The translations under genes and the position numbers were made by a program. Under the pieces are notes generated by a model. That model was not told the DNA's origin. It saw only the letters and a list, made by a program, of their open reading frames with translations, and ran no database searches. Shown here piece after piece: positions 1 to 15,811 of a stretch of 64,000 nt of DNA; within the stretch, counting starts at the first letter, position 1; each line of letters begins with the position of its first letter. The DNA is from the human T2T-CHM13v2.0 reference genome, Homo sapiens: assembly GCF_009914755.1 (NCBI RefSeq), contig NC_060942.1. One strand, given 5' to 3'.

Positions 1-190
1 CCCCATCTCTACTAAAAAAATACAAAAATTAGCTGGGTGTGGTGGCATATGCCTGTAGTCCCAGCTACTCAGGAGGCCGAGGCAGGGGAATTGCCTGAAC
101 CTGGGAGGGGGAGGTTGCAGTGGGCCAAGATCACGCCACTGCACTACAGCCTAGGTGACACAGTGAGACTCTATCTCAAAAAAAAAAAAA
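1..190 (+). mobile_element. Alu (3' part)
   Basis: Linker ctactaaaaaaatacaaaaattagc, right monomer, A tail. Confidence 0.9.
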
Positions 191-192
191 GT

Positions 193-1410
193 AGTGGGGA
201 AAGGACTGATTCTATACATGGTGCTGGGATAACTCATTATCTATGTGCGGAAGAATGAAACTGGACCCCTACTTTTCACCATATATAAAAATTAACTTGA
301 GATGGATTAAAGATTTAAATGTAAGACCTCAAACTGTAAAAGTCCTAGAAGAAAACCCAGGAAATACCCTGCCTGACATCGGCCTTGGCAAAGAATTTAT
401 GGCAAACTCTCCAAAAGCAATTTCAACAAAAACAAAAATTGACAAGTGGAACCTAACTAAACTAAGGGCTTCTGCACAGCAGAAGATACTATCAACAGAG
501 TAAACAGACCACCTACAGAATGGAAGAAAATATTTGCGAACTATATATCTGACAAAGGTCTAATATACAGAATCAATAAGGAACTTAAAAATCAACAAGA
601 AAAAACCCCATTAAAAAATAGGTAAACAACATGAACAGACATTTCTGAAAAGAAGACATACAAGCAGCCAACAAACATGAAAAGATGCTCATCATCACTA
701 ATCATCAGAGAAATGCAAATCAGAACCACAATGAGATACCACTCATACTAGTCAAAATGTCTGTTACTAAGAAGTCAAAAAACAGATGCTGGTGGGGCTG
801 CAAAGAGAAGCGAACACTTATACGCTGTTGGTGGGAATGTAAATTAGGTTAGCTACTGTGGAAAGCGGTTTGAAGATTTCTTAAAGAACTAAAAATAGAA
901 CTACCATTTGACCCAGCAGTGCCATTACTGGGTATATATCCAAGAGAAAATAAATCATTCTATAAAAAAGACATATGCACTTGTATGTTTATCGCAGCAC
1001 TACTCAAAACAGCCAAGACATGGAATCAGCAGAGGTGTTAATTGACAGTGGGTTGGATAAATAAAAAGTGGTACATATACACCATGGAATACTACACAAC
1101 CATAAAAAAGAACAAGATCATGTTTTTTGTAGCAATGTGAATGGCCATTATCCTAAGCAAATTGGTGCAGGAGTAGAAAACCAGATACTACATGTTCTCA
1201 CTTACAAGTGGGAGCTAAACATTAAGTACACTTGGACGTAAAGATGGGAACAATAGACACTGGGAACTACTAGAAAGTGGGAGTGAGGGGTTGTGTGGGC
1301 TGAAAAACTACCTCCTAGATAACTGTGCTCACTACCTGGGTGACGAGATCATCTGTACCCCAAACTTGTACTTGTACCTCTTGAATCTAAAATAAAAGCT
1401 GAATTTTTTT
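193..1410 (+). mobile_element. LINE-1 3' fragment (end of ORF2 plus 3'UTR, L1PB-like)
   Basis: ORF 243..503 [34 protein letters not shown] is L1 ORF2 C-terminal sequence; 3'UTR ends in aataaaa. Confidence 0.9.
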
Positions 1411-2103
1411 TTTAATCTAAGATCATAGTTACCTTTCCTTGAATGCTCCTTCCACAACTTCATGAAGAAAAAACCAGATGTTCTCTGTCACCGCACAATT
1501 ATAATCTTTATTAAGTATATAATATGTCCTATTAGGCAAAATTTTTAAAACTATATTTTATACATTTGAAAAGAATAAGATAATTCAATCAGCTACATCT
1601 TACACATTATCACTGGCATCAAGTTATTTTGGAAGTACTTCTACTAATTCTGGAAATGTTGTCCCTGGCTCTTGTGTGCAAAGAACACCAGCAGGCTAGC
1701 AGATTAATTTCCAAATCGTTGTAGAGAACTTAAACCCTAAGGTCTCCAAACTGAGTAACTTCCTGTTCCCCACCCTAAGAAATTTAAGACACGCGTGCCT
1801 TCAATTCTTAATTGTTCTTAACAGATTGTAATAATGTAGTATTACTCAGCCCATCAGCTCTTCTCTTTGCTTCCTGTGATCTTTAAAACAAAAAAAATCA
1901 CCCCTTCATTGTATTCTCTATGAATAAACATCTCTATCATTTATGCTTACACATTTCATAGGTGGCATGAAGAAAAAAGCCTATATTTAATTGACTTTAT
2001 CATTTGTGAAAAGTTTGCTATGTCTACAATCATGAATTATATACTTTGTCTCTTTTAAAAGATTTGTAGACTTAAAATTGTTTCTATTTCTCCCATCCCT
2101 CAG

Positions 2104-2193
2104 GATGCAAAAATCGAAGCAGAAGAATTTACTAGGAAACTGTATGTTGAACTCAAGTCTTCACCTCAGCCTCACCTGGTTCCTTTTCTTAAG
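2104..2193 (+). CDS. TAF4B: TAF4B coding exon (probable exon 6), 90 nt, phase 0/0, TAFH domain
   Basis: tttctcccatccctcag|GAT...AAG|gtagag; DAKIEAEEFTRKLYVELKSSPQPHLVPFLK. Confidence 0.96.
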
Positions 2194-2450
2194 GTAGAGT
2201 TATGTGTCACTTAGAAGAAATAATTTGGATTAGATTACTCTAAAATAATTAAAAATGGGAATATTTCAATATGACAGCAATTGAATGTGAAGATACTGAC
2301 AGTGTGGGAGAAACCTCTGAGTGCTTTTGTAAGCTATAAAGCGTGTTCATAATATTATTTTAATTTGGACACTTTGAAAAAAGAGAAGTAACATTTTATT
2401 CATGAACATAAGTTCATTATTATATTGTTTAATACTTGTATGAGAATATA

Positions 2451-4601
<2,151 letters not shown>

Positions 4602-4687
4602 CATCTCTGTTGGCTAAACAAATGAAAACTCCAGGAATGAAAAGGCACAACCTATTAGTTTTTAGTTTGAACTGCCTTTACTCTTTA

Positions 4688-5024
<337 letters not shown>

Positions 5025-5112
5025 CTAGCTCAATTCTTTCAGATCGTAAAATTCACTTTGTATTTAATTTTGTTTTGATGTAAAGATATTTCTTTATTTT
5101 TATTTAAAAAAA

Positions 5113-5632
<520 letters not shown>

Positions 5633-6031
5633 ATTTCTATCCAAAGTTTGAAAGTTACTTAATGAAGAGACCTAGATTCTGCTGTGGTTTAAATAAACTT
5701 ATAGATACTGAAGTTATTAATGATCTATTATAGGGTTTAGATGATTATAGAAAAGTATAATACAGTGTTTACCAAATTGATATTGAGGGAATACAAATAA
5801 GTTTAATACTGAGATATAGTAATTTCATATTGGAAAACAGGCACTTGGGCTTTAAATTGATTGTATCCTGGATATTGGCAGGATATAAGTAAGTGATACA
5901 AGCTGTCTTCAACTGAAATACTTGATACACTTTTGATTGGTTTTAAGTTGTAAAGGTATGAAATACCACATTTTGTTTCACAAGTAGCTGATTTGTTAGC
6001 AGTGTTTTTTTCCATTCCTCTGCATTTCCAG

Positions 6032-6649
6032 AAAAGCGTGGTTGCCTTACGACAACTTCTGCCTAACTCCCAGAGCTTCATCCAGCAATGTGTTCAGCAG
6101 ACTTCTAGTGACATGGTCATTGCTACCTGTACTACAACAGTAACAACTTCTCCTGTGGTGACAACTACAGTGTCCTCAAGCCAGTCTGAAAAGTCAATTA
6201 TTGTTTCTGGAGCAACAGCACCCAGAACTGTGTCAGTGCAAACTTTGAACCCACTTGCTGGTCCAGTGGGAGCAAAAGCTGGAGTTGTGACACTTCATTC
6301 TGTGGGCCCAACTGCTGCAACAGGAGGAACAACAGCTGGAACTGGTTTGCTTCAGACTTCAAAACCACTTGTGACATCTGTGGCAAACACAGTGACCACG
6401 GTCTCACTGCAACCTGAAAAGCCAGTTGTCTCTGGAACAGCAGTAACACTGTCCCTTCCAGCAGTAACTTTTGGAGAAACTTCAGGTGCAGCTATTTGTC
6501 TTCCATCTGTGAAACCTGTTGTTTCTTCTGCTGGGACCACATCTGACAAGCCTGTTATTGGGACTCCAGTTCAAATCAAACTTGCCCAGCCGGGCCCTGT
6601 CCTTTCACAACCAGCTGGGATTCCACAGGCAGTTCAAGTCAAGCAACTA
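6032..6649 (+). CDS. TAF4B: TAF4B coding exon (probable exon 7), 618 nt, phase 0/0, end of TAFH plus T/S/V/P-rich linker
   Basis: tgcatttccag|AAA...CTA|gtgagt; KSVVALRQLLPNSQ...QAVQVKQL, inside ORF 5993..6838. Confidence 0.96.
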
Positions 6650-6842
6650 GTGAGTAACATTTTGTTTCTTCCCCAGTTACTTATTTTGAAAATTTTGAAC
6701 ATTCAGAAAACTGGTAAGACTAGTAGAAAACTAGTAAGGCTATATACTGTTTACGGGTTTGACCAATTAATTTTTTTTTTTTTTACCTCATTTGCTTTGT
6801 TTTCCTCTTTCTACTCACACCCACAAACACACATATAAGTCC

Positions 6843-7135
6843 TTTTTTTAAAGACAGAGTCTTACTCTGTCGCCCAGGCTGGAGTGCAGTGGCACGATCT
6901 CGGCTCACTGTAACCTCCACCTCCCAGGTTCAAGCATTTCTCATGCCTTACCCTCCTGAGTAGCTGGAATTACAGGTGTGCACCACCACGCCTTTCTAAT
7001 TTTTGTATTTTTGTTAGAGATGGAGTTTCTCCATGTTGGCCAGGCTAGTCTTGAACTCCTGGCCTTAAATGATCCACCCGCCTTGGCCTCCCAAAGCACT
7101 GGGATTACAGACAGGCAATGAGCCACCACGCCCAG
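6843..7135 (-). mobile_element. Alu, antisense, about 190 nt downstream of exon 7
   Basis: Full dimer; TSD caaacacacatataagtc/caaacacacacgtaagtc. Confidence 0.92.
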
Positions 7136-7314
7136 CAGCAAACACACACGTAAGTCTTTACTGAACCACCTGAGAGTGGTTGCAAAAATTATGACAGTGC
7201 ATGGTGTATATCTCCTAAAAGGTTTTTTTTGTAAAACATAACCACAACATACCTGTTGTCACACACAGGAAATTAATATTGGTACAGTATTTCTGTAGTT
7301 GTCCCAATAATGTG

Positions 7315-7452
7315 TTTTTATTTTTATTTTTTTGTAGAGAGAGGGTCTTGCTGTGTTGCCCAAGCTGGTCTCAAACTCTTGGCCTCAACTGTTCCTCTCG
7401 ACTTAGACCTCCCAAAATGTTAGGATTACAGGCATGAGCCACTGTACCTGGC
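7315..7452 (-). mobile_element. Alu left monomer/FLAM
   Basis: tgtagaga...gattacaggcatgagccactgtacctggc. Confidence 0.8.
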
Positions 7453-8329
7453 TCATTTAATCTAGAATACTTCTCTAGCTTTTTGTGGTTGTTTATTATA
7501 TTGTAATGTTTTAAGTGCCCAGAATATTTGCAGAATAGTCCTTTGTTTTGTCTGATTGTTGTGTTTTTTTGCTAAACTTGGTAGGTTGGGAGGTTCTTGG
7601 GTGAAAGAAGGAAATTTTAGCTGTTTGTCGATTAGTGTTTAGAATGTTCTTCTTTATTTAAGAAAAGGTAAGTTTTACCAGAAGGCTATGAAAGTATTGT
7701 TAACTCATGGGAGATACTACATGATGCATTAATTAAAAATCATAACGTTTTTAGTAAAGTTCTTCCCTATCTTCTACGATAACAGAGCTTGCTGTTCTTT
7801 TGGTGAATGTCCTTGTTCTCTTTTGTAATGCTTTGCATTAGACGCTGTGTTTTAAATCTCTGTTTTGGTTCATTCTGCTTCTTGGGTAGCCTTTCCAGCC
7901 CTGTTTGTTTTATCAGAATAAGAGGTATCTGAGTGATTGTCGTCTGAGGCAACAGGGCAGCTTTGGACATAGAATGAAAGGGGTTGATCCGTGACCAGAA
8001 TTGGAGAGTAGTCAGACTCTTGAGCAGATAAATGATGGTCATTTCCTGGGCACTAATCTTTTCTCATCCCTTCCCACTCTGCATCTCATTTTCAAGTGGG
8101 GAAATGTAACTGCCTTGCAGGATTTCTCTTGGGTACGTGAATTTAATCTCAGAGATGAAACAACATTTTTAGAAGCAGTGATTCTTAAACATTGTTCTGG
8201 GCAGCCAGGTTTGAGAACCACTGGAATAGAGGAATTGCCCCAAGGAAAGGCCTCTTTTTGGTAGCACTGAACAGAATTGAAATCCTCTTTATATGTCATA
8301 GTTGTTTCTTGAATCAATGCTAATCTTTA

Positions 8330-8814
<485 letters not shown>

Positions 8815-9611
8815 CAGTCAAGTAATGGATCTCAGACTAGAACCCAGATGACTTTTCCATTAGGGTATGGTGCTCTTAGAAAGAACTTCTAGGTTTCTGG
8901 AATGTCCTGAAGCAGGAAGCTGTCTCATGATAATATCTTGACAGCATTTTTGTTTTGTAGGTTTGACTTGTTATACATTATAAATCATTTCAATAAAGAA
9001 ATAATGCAACAAAATTTGATGGTAAATTTTAGGGTTTTTTTACTTCCTACCTTCATTTTTAATAATTTCATTTTCCCTGTGAATTCTGCTTTCTTGTTTG
9101 TCCTTTGTTTCAAGTTTAGCCAGTAAATTTGATGTTAGTATTTACACCTACCTGTTTAAAGTGGCAAGAGCCAGAGTGGCCAGACCCTGAAGACAGATTG
9201 TAATTTATTTCACAACAGATTTACCTGGAGCAAAACAACATAAACCATTCTATATGGTAATGCCATAGAGAAGATTGAACTAGGGCATTCTTTCAAATAA
9301 ACTAAGTTAGAAAATTAATATTACTCGAGTTTGAAAGTAATTAAAGAATACCATCAGTGAATCTATTATAAACCATAGTCCAATTTAATCCTAGTTCTAA
9401 GTGAGGAGGAAAACACTCAAGTTGCTATAAAATAACGTATTCCATGCAGCTTATAAGAAATATGGCAAATAATCATTTAAAATATAAGAATTACTGCACT
9501 GTATCAAATCTGGGGTTCATCTAACTCCATATGGTCTGAAGAATACACACTTACTTCCTTTAATAATCATGGATTTAAAAATTCCTTTTTAATGTTTATT
9601 TCTCATTTGCG

Positions 9612-9885
9612 TTTGTTTTGTTTGTTTTGTTTTGTTTCGTTTCGCTTTGTTTTTTAGACAGTGTCTTACTTCTGTCACCCAGGTTAGAGTGCAGTGGCAT
9701 GAACATGGCTCACTGCAGTCTTGACTTTCCGGGCTCAGATAATCCTCCCACCTCTGCCTCCTGACTAGCTGTGACTGCAGATGCAGACCATCACACCCGG
9801 CTAATTTTTCTATGTTTTTAGTAGAGACGGGGTTTCGCTGTGTTGCCCAGGCTAGTCTTGAACGCCTGAGCTCAAGTGATCCGCT
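9612..9885 (-). mobile_element. Alu (J-like), 5' truncated
   Basis: (GTTTT)n tail then Alu body. Confidence 0.85.
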
Positions 9886-10158
9886 TAGTACTATGGTTTT
9901 ATTTGGTGCTTTCTTTGAAAGAACATTAATGAATTCTCTTACATTATCACTCATTTTGTTTTTCTCAGCAGATGTTCAGGAGTGTACCTCCCATATTTTT
10001 GTTAGACTAGACATATACATTGTTCCAGGTGTTAGAGTCATTAAGATGGGAAGTGATGGGGATTGAAGGTTGTTAAGTCCCAATACAAAACTGTATTATA
10101 AAATAAAACTGTGTTATATTTTTGTGTACCCATCAAAAATAGTATGAAGACTAACTGG

Positions 10159-10883
10159 TGTCAGCCTAAATAACAGAAAGGCTTTTTAAAAGAATAAGAC
10201 ATTTAATTGGTAATGGAGCATTGCAATGGGAATACAGGTGCCATAGTAAACTATGTGTATTCGGGGAGGTAAAGGAAGACAAAAGTTTTTTTATTTTTAA
10301 TTTTTAAAGACTCAGGGTTTCATTTTGTTGCCTAGCCTGGAGTGCAGTGGTGCCATCATGGTTCACTGCAGCCTCGATCTCCTGGGCTCAAGCAATCCTC
10401 CTGCCTCAGCCTCATGAGTAGCTAGGACTACAGGTGCATGCCATCATGCCTGGCTAATTAAAAAACTTTTTATTTTGATTAGAGACAGGGTCTTGCTATA
10501 TTGCCCAGTCAGGTCTCAAAATCCTGGCCTCAAGCAGTCTTCCTGAGTAAAGGAGGACGGGTTTTAAAAAGAAAAATGAGAATTATATAGTTGTTTTGAA
10601 ATGATTATCCTTGACTGCAAAGCTCAGTAACAAGGGCGACACCAGTCTGAGTTTAAATAGGCAGTTGCTGAGCAGATGATGTCCTTACAGTATTTTTTGT
10701 GTACTGTTGCTATGGCCTTTGTGCAAGGTTGTGGTTTTGGTGGTCTATTGGGATAGTTTTTGTGATTAGGCATACAAGCATGAGAACCCCCTCTTAGTCT
10801 TCCCTAGCTCTATTTGTTAGAGTTTTGTTTTTGGTTTTCTTTCAAACACGAGTGACTTCATTTTGATTCTGACAACTTTCACA
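10159..10883 (-). mobile_element. Solo ERV1 LTR (MER67-like) carrying an antisense Alu (about 10286-10545)
   Basis: TG...CA ends, 4-bp TSD CTGG on both sides; minus strand starts TGTGAAAGTTGTCAGAATCAAAATG (family name from memory). Confidence 0.75.
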
Positions 10884-11407
10884 CTGGTAAACAATTTTTG
10901 AATATTACTGTCTTTCATAATTAAAATACTGACAGGAATACCTAATAAGGAGCATCAAGGAGGACAGTGCATATAATAAGGAAATAAGCTGGGAGTGTTT
11001 CTCTTGAGTTTCAGTCTGAATGCATAAAATGAGACCTGTATATTACTTTGTAAAATGTAAGCCTGGTCCCTAGAACTATAGTACATGAATATGATCTCAG
11101 CTTCATTGAAATGTATCATTTTTAAAAGAGTTCTTGTCTATTCTCAAAGAATAAGGGCAATTGAATTATTCTAACTAACATTTCTTCTCTAGGGGCATTA
11201 GTTGCTATAGGATTACTTACCAGGAATGTTGTGTTTCTTGTTACTTTTTTTAAAGTAATACACATAAGTTGAATAAATTGAACTCTAAAAATTCTGTTTA
11301 GAAGTCTGTCTTTTGGCAAGACCATGGCACATTTATATTTGCCATATATGAGTGAAAGTTCACTATCAATAGCTGGCTCAAATACATGATGACTGTTTTT
11401 CTACCTG

Positions 11408-11886
<479 letters not shown>

Positions 11887-12397
11887 TTAAAATGGCACAT
11901 GAAAAGTCCTTACCTTTTAAAGATATATTTTGAAATATTAATGGATACAACGATATATCTGAGATTTGCCTTAAAATAATTGAGGGCGGCAGGGAAGTGA
12001 GTAGGGGTGTAGATGGAAACAAGATTGATCAAGAATTAATCATTGTTGAAGCTGGGTAATGGTATAGATGGTTTTGTTTTATCCTGTCTGTTTTTATACA
12101 TGCTTTAAATTTTTCACTATAAGTTAACAATTGGAAATCGGATTTATAGGGAGATTTAAATTGAGTATGGTGAAATAAAATTTAAATTCCACTCTGAAAA
12201 TAATGTATGTGAGATAGTAACGTTTTTCACTTTTGAACAAGATAATTTTGCTTCATACAAATTTAAAGTAGGCATTCTTGTTAAGATAAAGGTATATTTA
12301 TGGCTGGGGGAACACAATCTGTTGTTTAAAACTGAAATCTTATCCTTTTCTAAAGCCTTAAGTTGAACAACTATATTGATAGTTCTCATTGTTTCAG

Positions 12398-12533
12398 GTA
12401 GTTCAGCAGCCTTCAGGAGGCAATGAAAAACAAGTGACCACAATTTCACATTCCTCAACATTGACCATTCAGAAATGTGGACAGAAGACGATGCCAGTGA
12501 ACACCATAATACCTACTAGTCAGTTTCCTCCAG
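12398..12533 (+). CDS. TAF4B: TAF4B coding exon (probable exon 8), 136 nt, phase 0/1; alternative in-frame acceptor starts exon at 12383 (+FSLFQ)
   Basis: ttgtttcag|GTA GTT CAG...CCA G|gtagat; VVQQPSGGNEKQ...TSQFPP. Confidence 0.93.
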
Positions 12534-12689
12534 GTAGATGCTGGTCCATCTCAGTCCCATCATGCTGGGTTAGAACATGAAGGGGTTTTGTATAACTTTT
12601 TTGTTGCTGTGTTAAGAGAAGAGAGGTTTGGTCTTTTAAAGTTGGCACCCATTGAGAGAAAACAGAAAGATAATCGTTAGATTTCTCTC

Positions 12690-12977
12690 CCCAGACGGAG
12701 TCTTGCTCTGATGCCCAGGCTGGAGTACAGTGGCATGATCTCAGCTCACTGCAACCTCCACCTCCCAGGTTTAAGCAATTCTCATGTTCTCACCCTCCGG
12801 AGTAGCTGGGATTACAGGCGTGCACCACCACAGCTGGCTAATTTTTGTATTTTTAGTAGAGACTGGGTTTTACCATGTTGGCCAGGCTGGTCTCAAACTC
12901 CTGACCTCAAGTGGTCAATCCACCCACCTTGGCCTCCCAAAGTGCTGGGATTACAGGTGTGAGCCACTGTGCCCAGC
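12690..12977 (-). mobile_element. Alu
   Basis: Full antisense dimer. Confidence 0.9.
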
Positions 12978-13577
12978 TATGATCACATTTCTTTTTACAT
13001 ACATAGAAACTTTTTAGGGTTATATGTTGTTTTGGAATAAAAAAAGCAACTATTCATGGTATTCTGTAATTTGATAAAACAACCTATTAGTAAATAAGGA
13101 CTTATTTAACTTATAAAATTTGCTATAGATTTTTTCTTCTTAAAATGTAGTTCTTTCTCTATGTACACACTTGTATGCATGTACATGCATGCATATGTAT
13201 GGAAATCAGTCTTACCCAAGTCAGGTAGACTGGGAAATCAGTCTTACCAATGTCAGGTAGAGCTTTATGTATTTTTAAAAAATACCAATATAAGCAATGT
13301 ATTATTAACATGTTTCAGGTGCCTTTTACCCATGATATTTTTATAATACTGCTAACATAGACTATCTAAAAAGAAATGGAAAGATTCTTATTTTATAAGA
13401 TTATTTCTTATTCAGGGAATAAATTCATTGTCATGTTTGAATTTAAACATAGTTCTAGGGCAGCTTGGAATTTTCTTTGATTATTCTATATATATAAAAA
13501 ACGGTTGTCCTGGATTTTTCCTAATGTGGTGTGATTGCTTTTTTTGTATTCTATTTTTTCTTGTTTTGTTTTTATAG

Positions 13578-13683
13578 CTTCCATTCTAAAGCAAATTACT
13601 CTGCCTGGAAATAAAATTCTGTCACTTCAAGCATCTCCTACTCAGAAAAACAGAATAAAAGAGAATGTAACATCATGCTTCCG
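13578..13683 (+). CDS. TAF4B: TAF4B coding exon (probable exon 9), 106 nt, phase 1/2
   Basis: tttttatag|CT TCC ATT...TTC CG|gtaaga; (A)SILKQITLPGNKILSLQASPTQKNRIKENVTSCF(R). Confidence 0.94.
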
Positions 13684-13789
13684 GTAAGAAAATAAATAGT
13701 TAAATTTGGTTTAAGGAAGTAATTTTTTTTTAAAAAGGAGAGATGACAGAATAATACCTTACTAAAATAGATATACTGATGCCTTTTTA

Positions 13790-15200
13790 CAAAGCTAACA
13801 GTACTTTATTGAGTATAATTTATAAACAATAAAATGCACAACTATTAAATGTACAGCTTGGTGAATTTTGTCAAATATATATACCTGTGTAATCATCATG
13901 CCGATCAAGATACTGAACATATTCATCACCTTTATGCACCTTTGAAATCAATTACCCTTATCCCCTGCCTCTGGCAGCTACTGTTCTTACGTCCATCACG
14001 ATAGATCATTTTTGTCTATTCTTGAACTTCACATAAATGGAGTTTTACGTTATTATGTACCCTTTTGCATCAGACTTTTTTACTCAACATGTTTTTTAGA
14101 GCATCTGTGTCATTTGGAATATTAGACGATGGTTCTTTTGCATTGCTGGGAAGCATTTTATTTTATGAAATTAAATTTGTTGATCTTTTTCGCTATTGAT
14201 GGACATTTGGGTGGTTTCCAGTTTTTCTGATGATTATATAATAAAGCTTCATGTACAGAATTTTGCATGAACATATGCTTTTGCTATCTAGAAATATGAT
14301 TGATGAGTCATTAGGTAAGTGTGAATTTTGGTAGGGAAACTACCAAATTGTTTATCAAAATGACAGTATCATTTTGCATTTCTGTCATTGATGATGAGCG
14401 TTCTAGTTCCTGTCCAACTTTGTGAGCAATTGGTAATTCTCAGTTCTTTTGATATTTTAAAAATCCATTTTAATAGGTGTATAAGTGGTTATTATTGTGG
14501 TTTTAGTTTGCATTTTTCTAATGGCTAAAGATGCTGATCATCTATTTTTGTGCTTATTTGTTATTTATATATCTTTGGTGAAGTGTGTGTTCAAATTTTT
14601 GGCCCATTTTTGTTTCTTGCATTGGTTTCTTACGATCAAGTGTTTTTAAGAGTTTATATATGCATAAACAAATGTTATATTTGTATATATTTCTTATATA
14701 TACAAATATATAAAATAAATTTTTATATAATTTCTCCCTTTTGCATTTTTATATGTACAAATATATAAACAAACATATAACATTTGTATATATGTATCAT
14801 ACATATTTATTTATGAATATTTATATTAAAAATATGTATATATACAGAAATATAACATTTGTATATATAGAAATTATGCAGTTAAAGTGGGGGAAAGCAG
14901 AGAAAATAGAACATGTACACAATAGTTTTTACATAGGTAATAGATGGGAATTAAAGGATGACGATTAAGAAAAAGGGCAAGCCTGAAACGAGATCTTCTG
15001 GAACAAAGCATAGGAGAAAATCTTTGTAACCTTGGGTTACACACATTTCTTAGATAACACATGAAAAGAGTGATCTACAAGAGGAAAAATTAATGAACTG
15101 GAATTCAGAAAATTAAAAAACTTTTGCTCTGTGAAAAACACTGTCCAGGAAATGAATAAACATGCCACAAGGAAAATATTTCCAAATTGTTTATCTGGCA
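13790..15200. mobile_element. Old L1M fragments (antisense 3' end about 13790-14620, AT-rich tract, sense ORF2 piece about 14990-15200)
   Basis: gatggacatttgggtggtttccagtt, gtggttttagtttgcatttttctaatg, aaaattaaaaaacttttgctctgtgaaaaacactgt. Confidence 0.65.
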
Positions 15201-15482
15201 AACATTTGGATCTTAAATATATATAATATATATATTAAATATATATATTTTAACTGCATAATTTATATATATATTTCAATATAATATTTGTATAAAATTT
15301 GTACCTTAGTCTTCCTCATCCCCCCATGTACATTTTATTTGTAGGTCTACTTTTATATGCGTATATTAAAATGTTCACCATCGGTCTTTTTTTCTGTCGT
15401 GTTCTGTCATCTCTTGGTTGGATGAAGTTCATCTGCTGGTAAATTCCTCAGGAAAGGCTCACAGGTATAGAATTCCCTAAGT

Positions 15483-15811
15483 CATTGGTCCCTAACATTT
15501 TTGGCACCAGGGACTGATTTCATGGAAGGCAATTTTTCCACAGACCAGGATTGAGGGGGAGGGGATAGTTTCCACTTCAGATAATCAGGCATTAGATTCT
15601 TATAAGGAGCACACAACCTAGATCTCTCATTTGTGCAGTTCACAGTAGGGTTTGTGCTCCTATGAGACTCTAATGCTACCACTGATCTGACAGGAGTTGG
15701 AGCTCAGGCAGTAATGCTCGCTTGCGCACCTCTCACCTCTTCCTGTGCAGTCCAGGTTCTAACAGGCTACGGACTGCTACCGGTACATGGCCTGGGGGCT
15801 GGGGACCCCTG
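15483..15811 (-). mobile_element. MER1B (hAT-Charlie non-autonomous element)
   Basis: Inverted ends cattggtccc...ggggacccctg, 8-bp TSD ccctaagt/tcctaagt, internal ggcattagattct motif. Confidence 0.85.

Noticed and set aside
6198-6549. Antisense ORFs overlapping exon 7
   Set aside because: Short shadows of the coding strand with no independent support
5993-6838. 281-aa ORF as a stand-alone gene
   Set aside because: It is TAF4B exon 7 plus read-through into both flanking introns; canonical splice sites lie at 6032 and 6649
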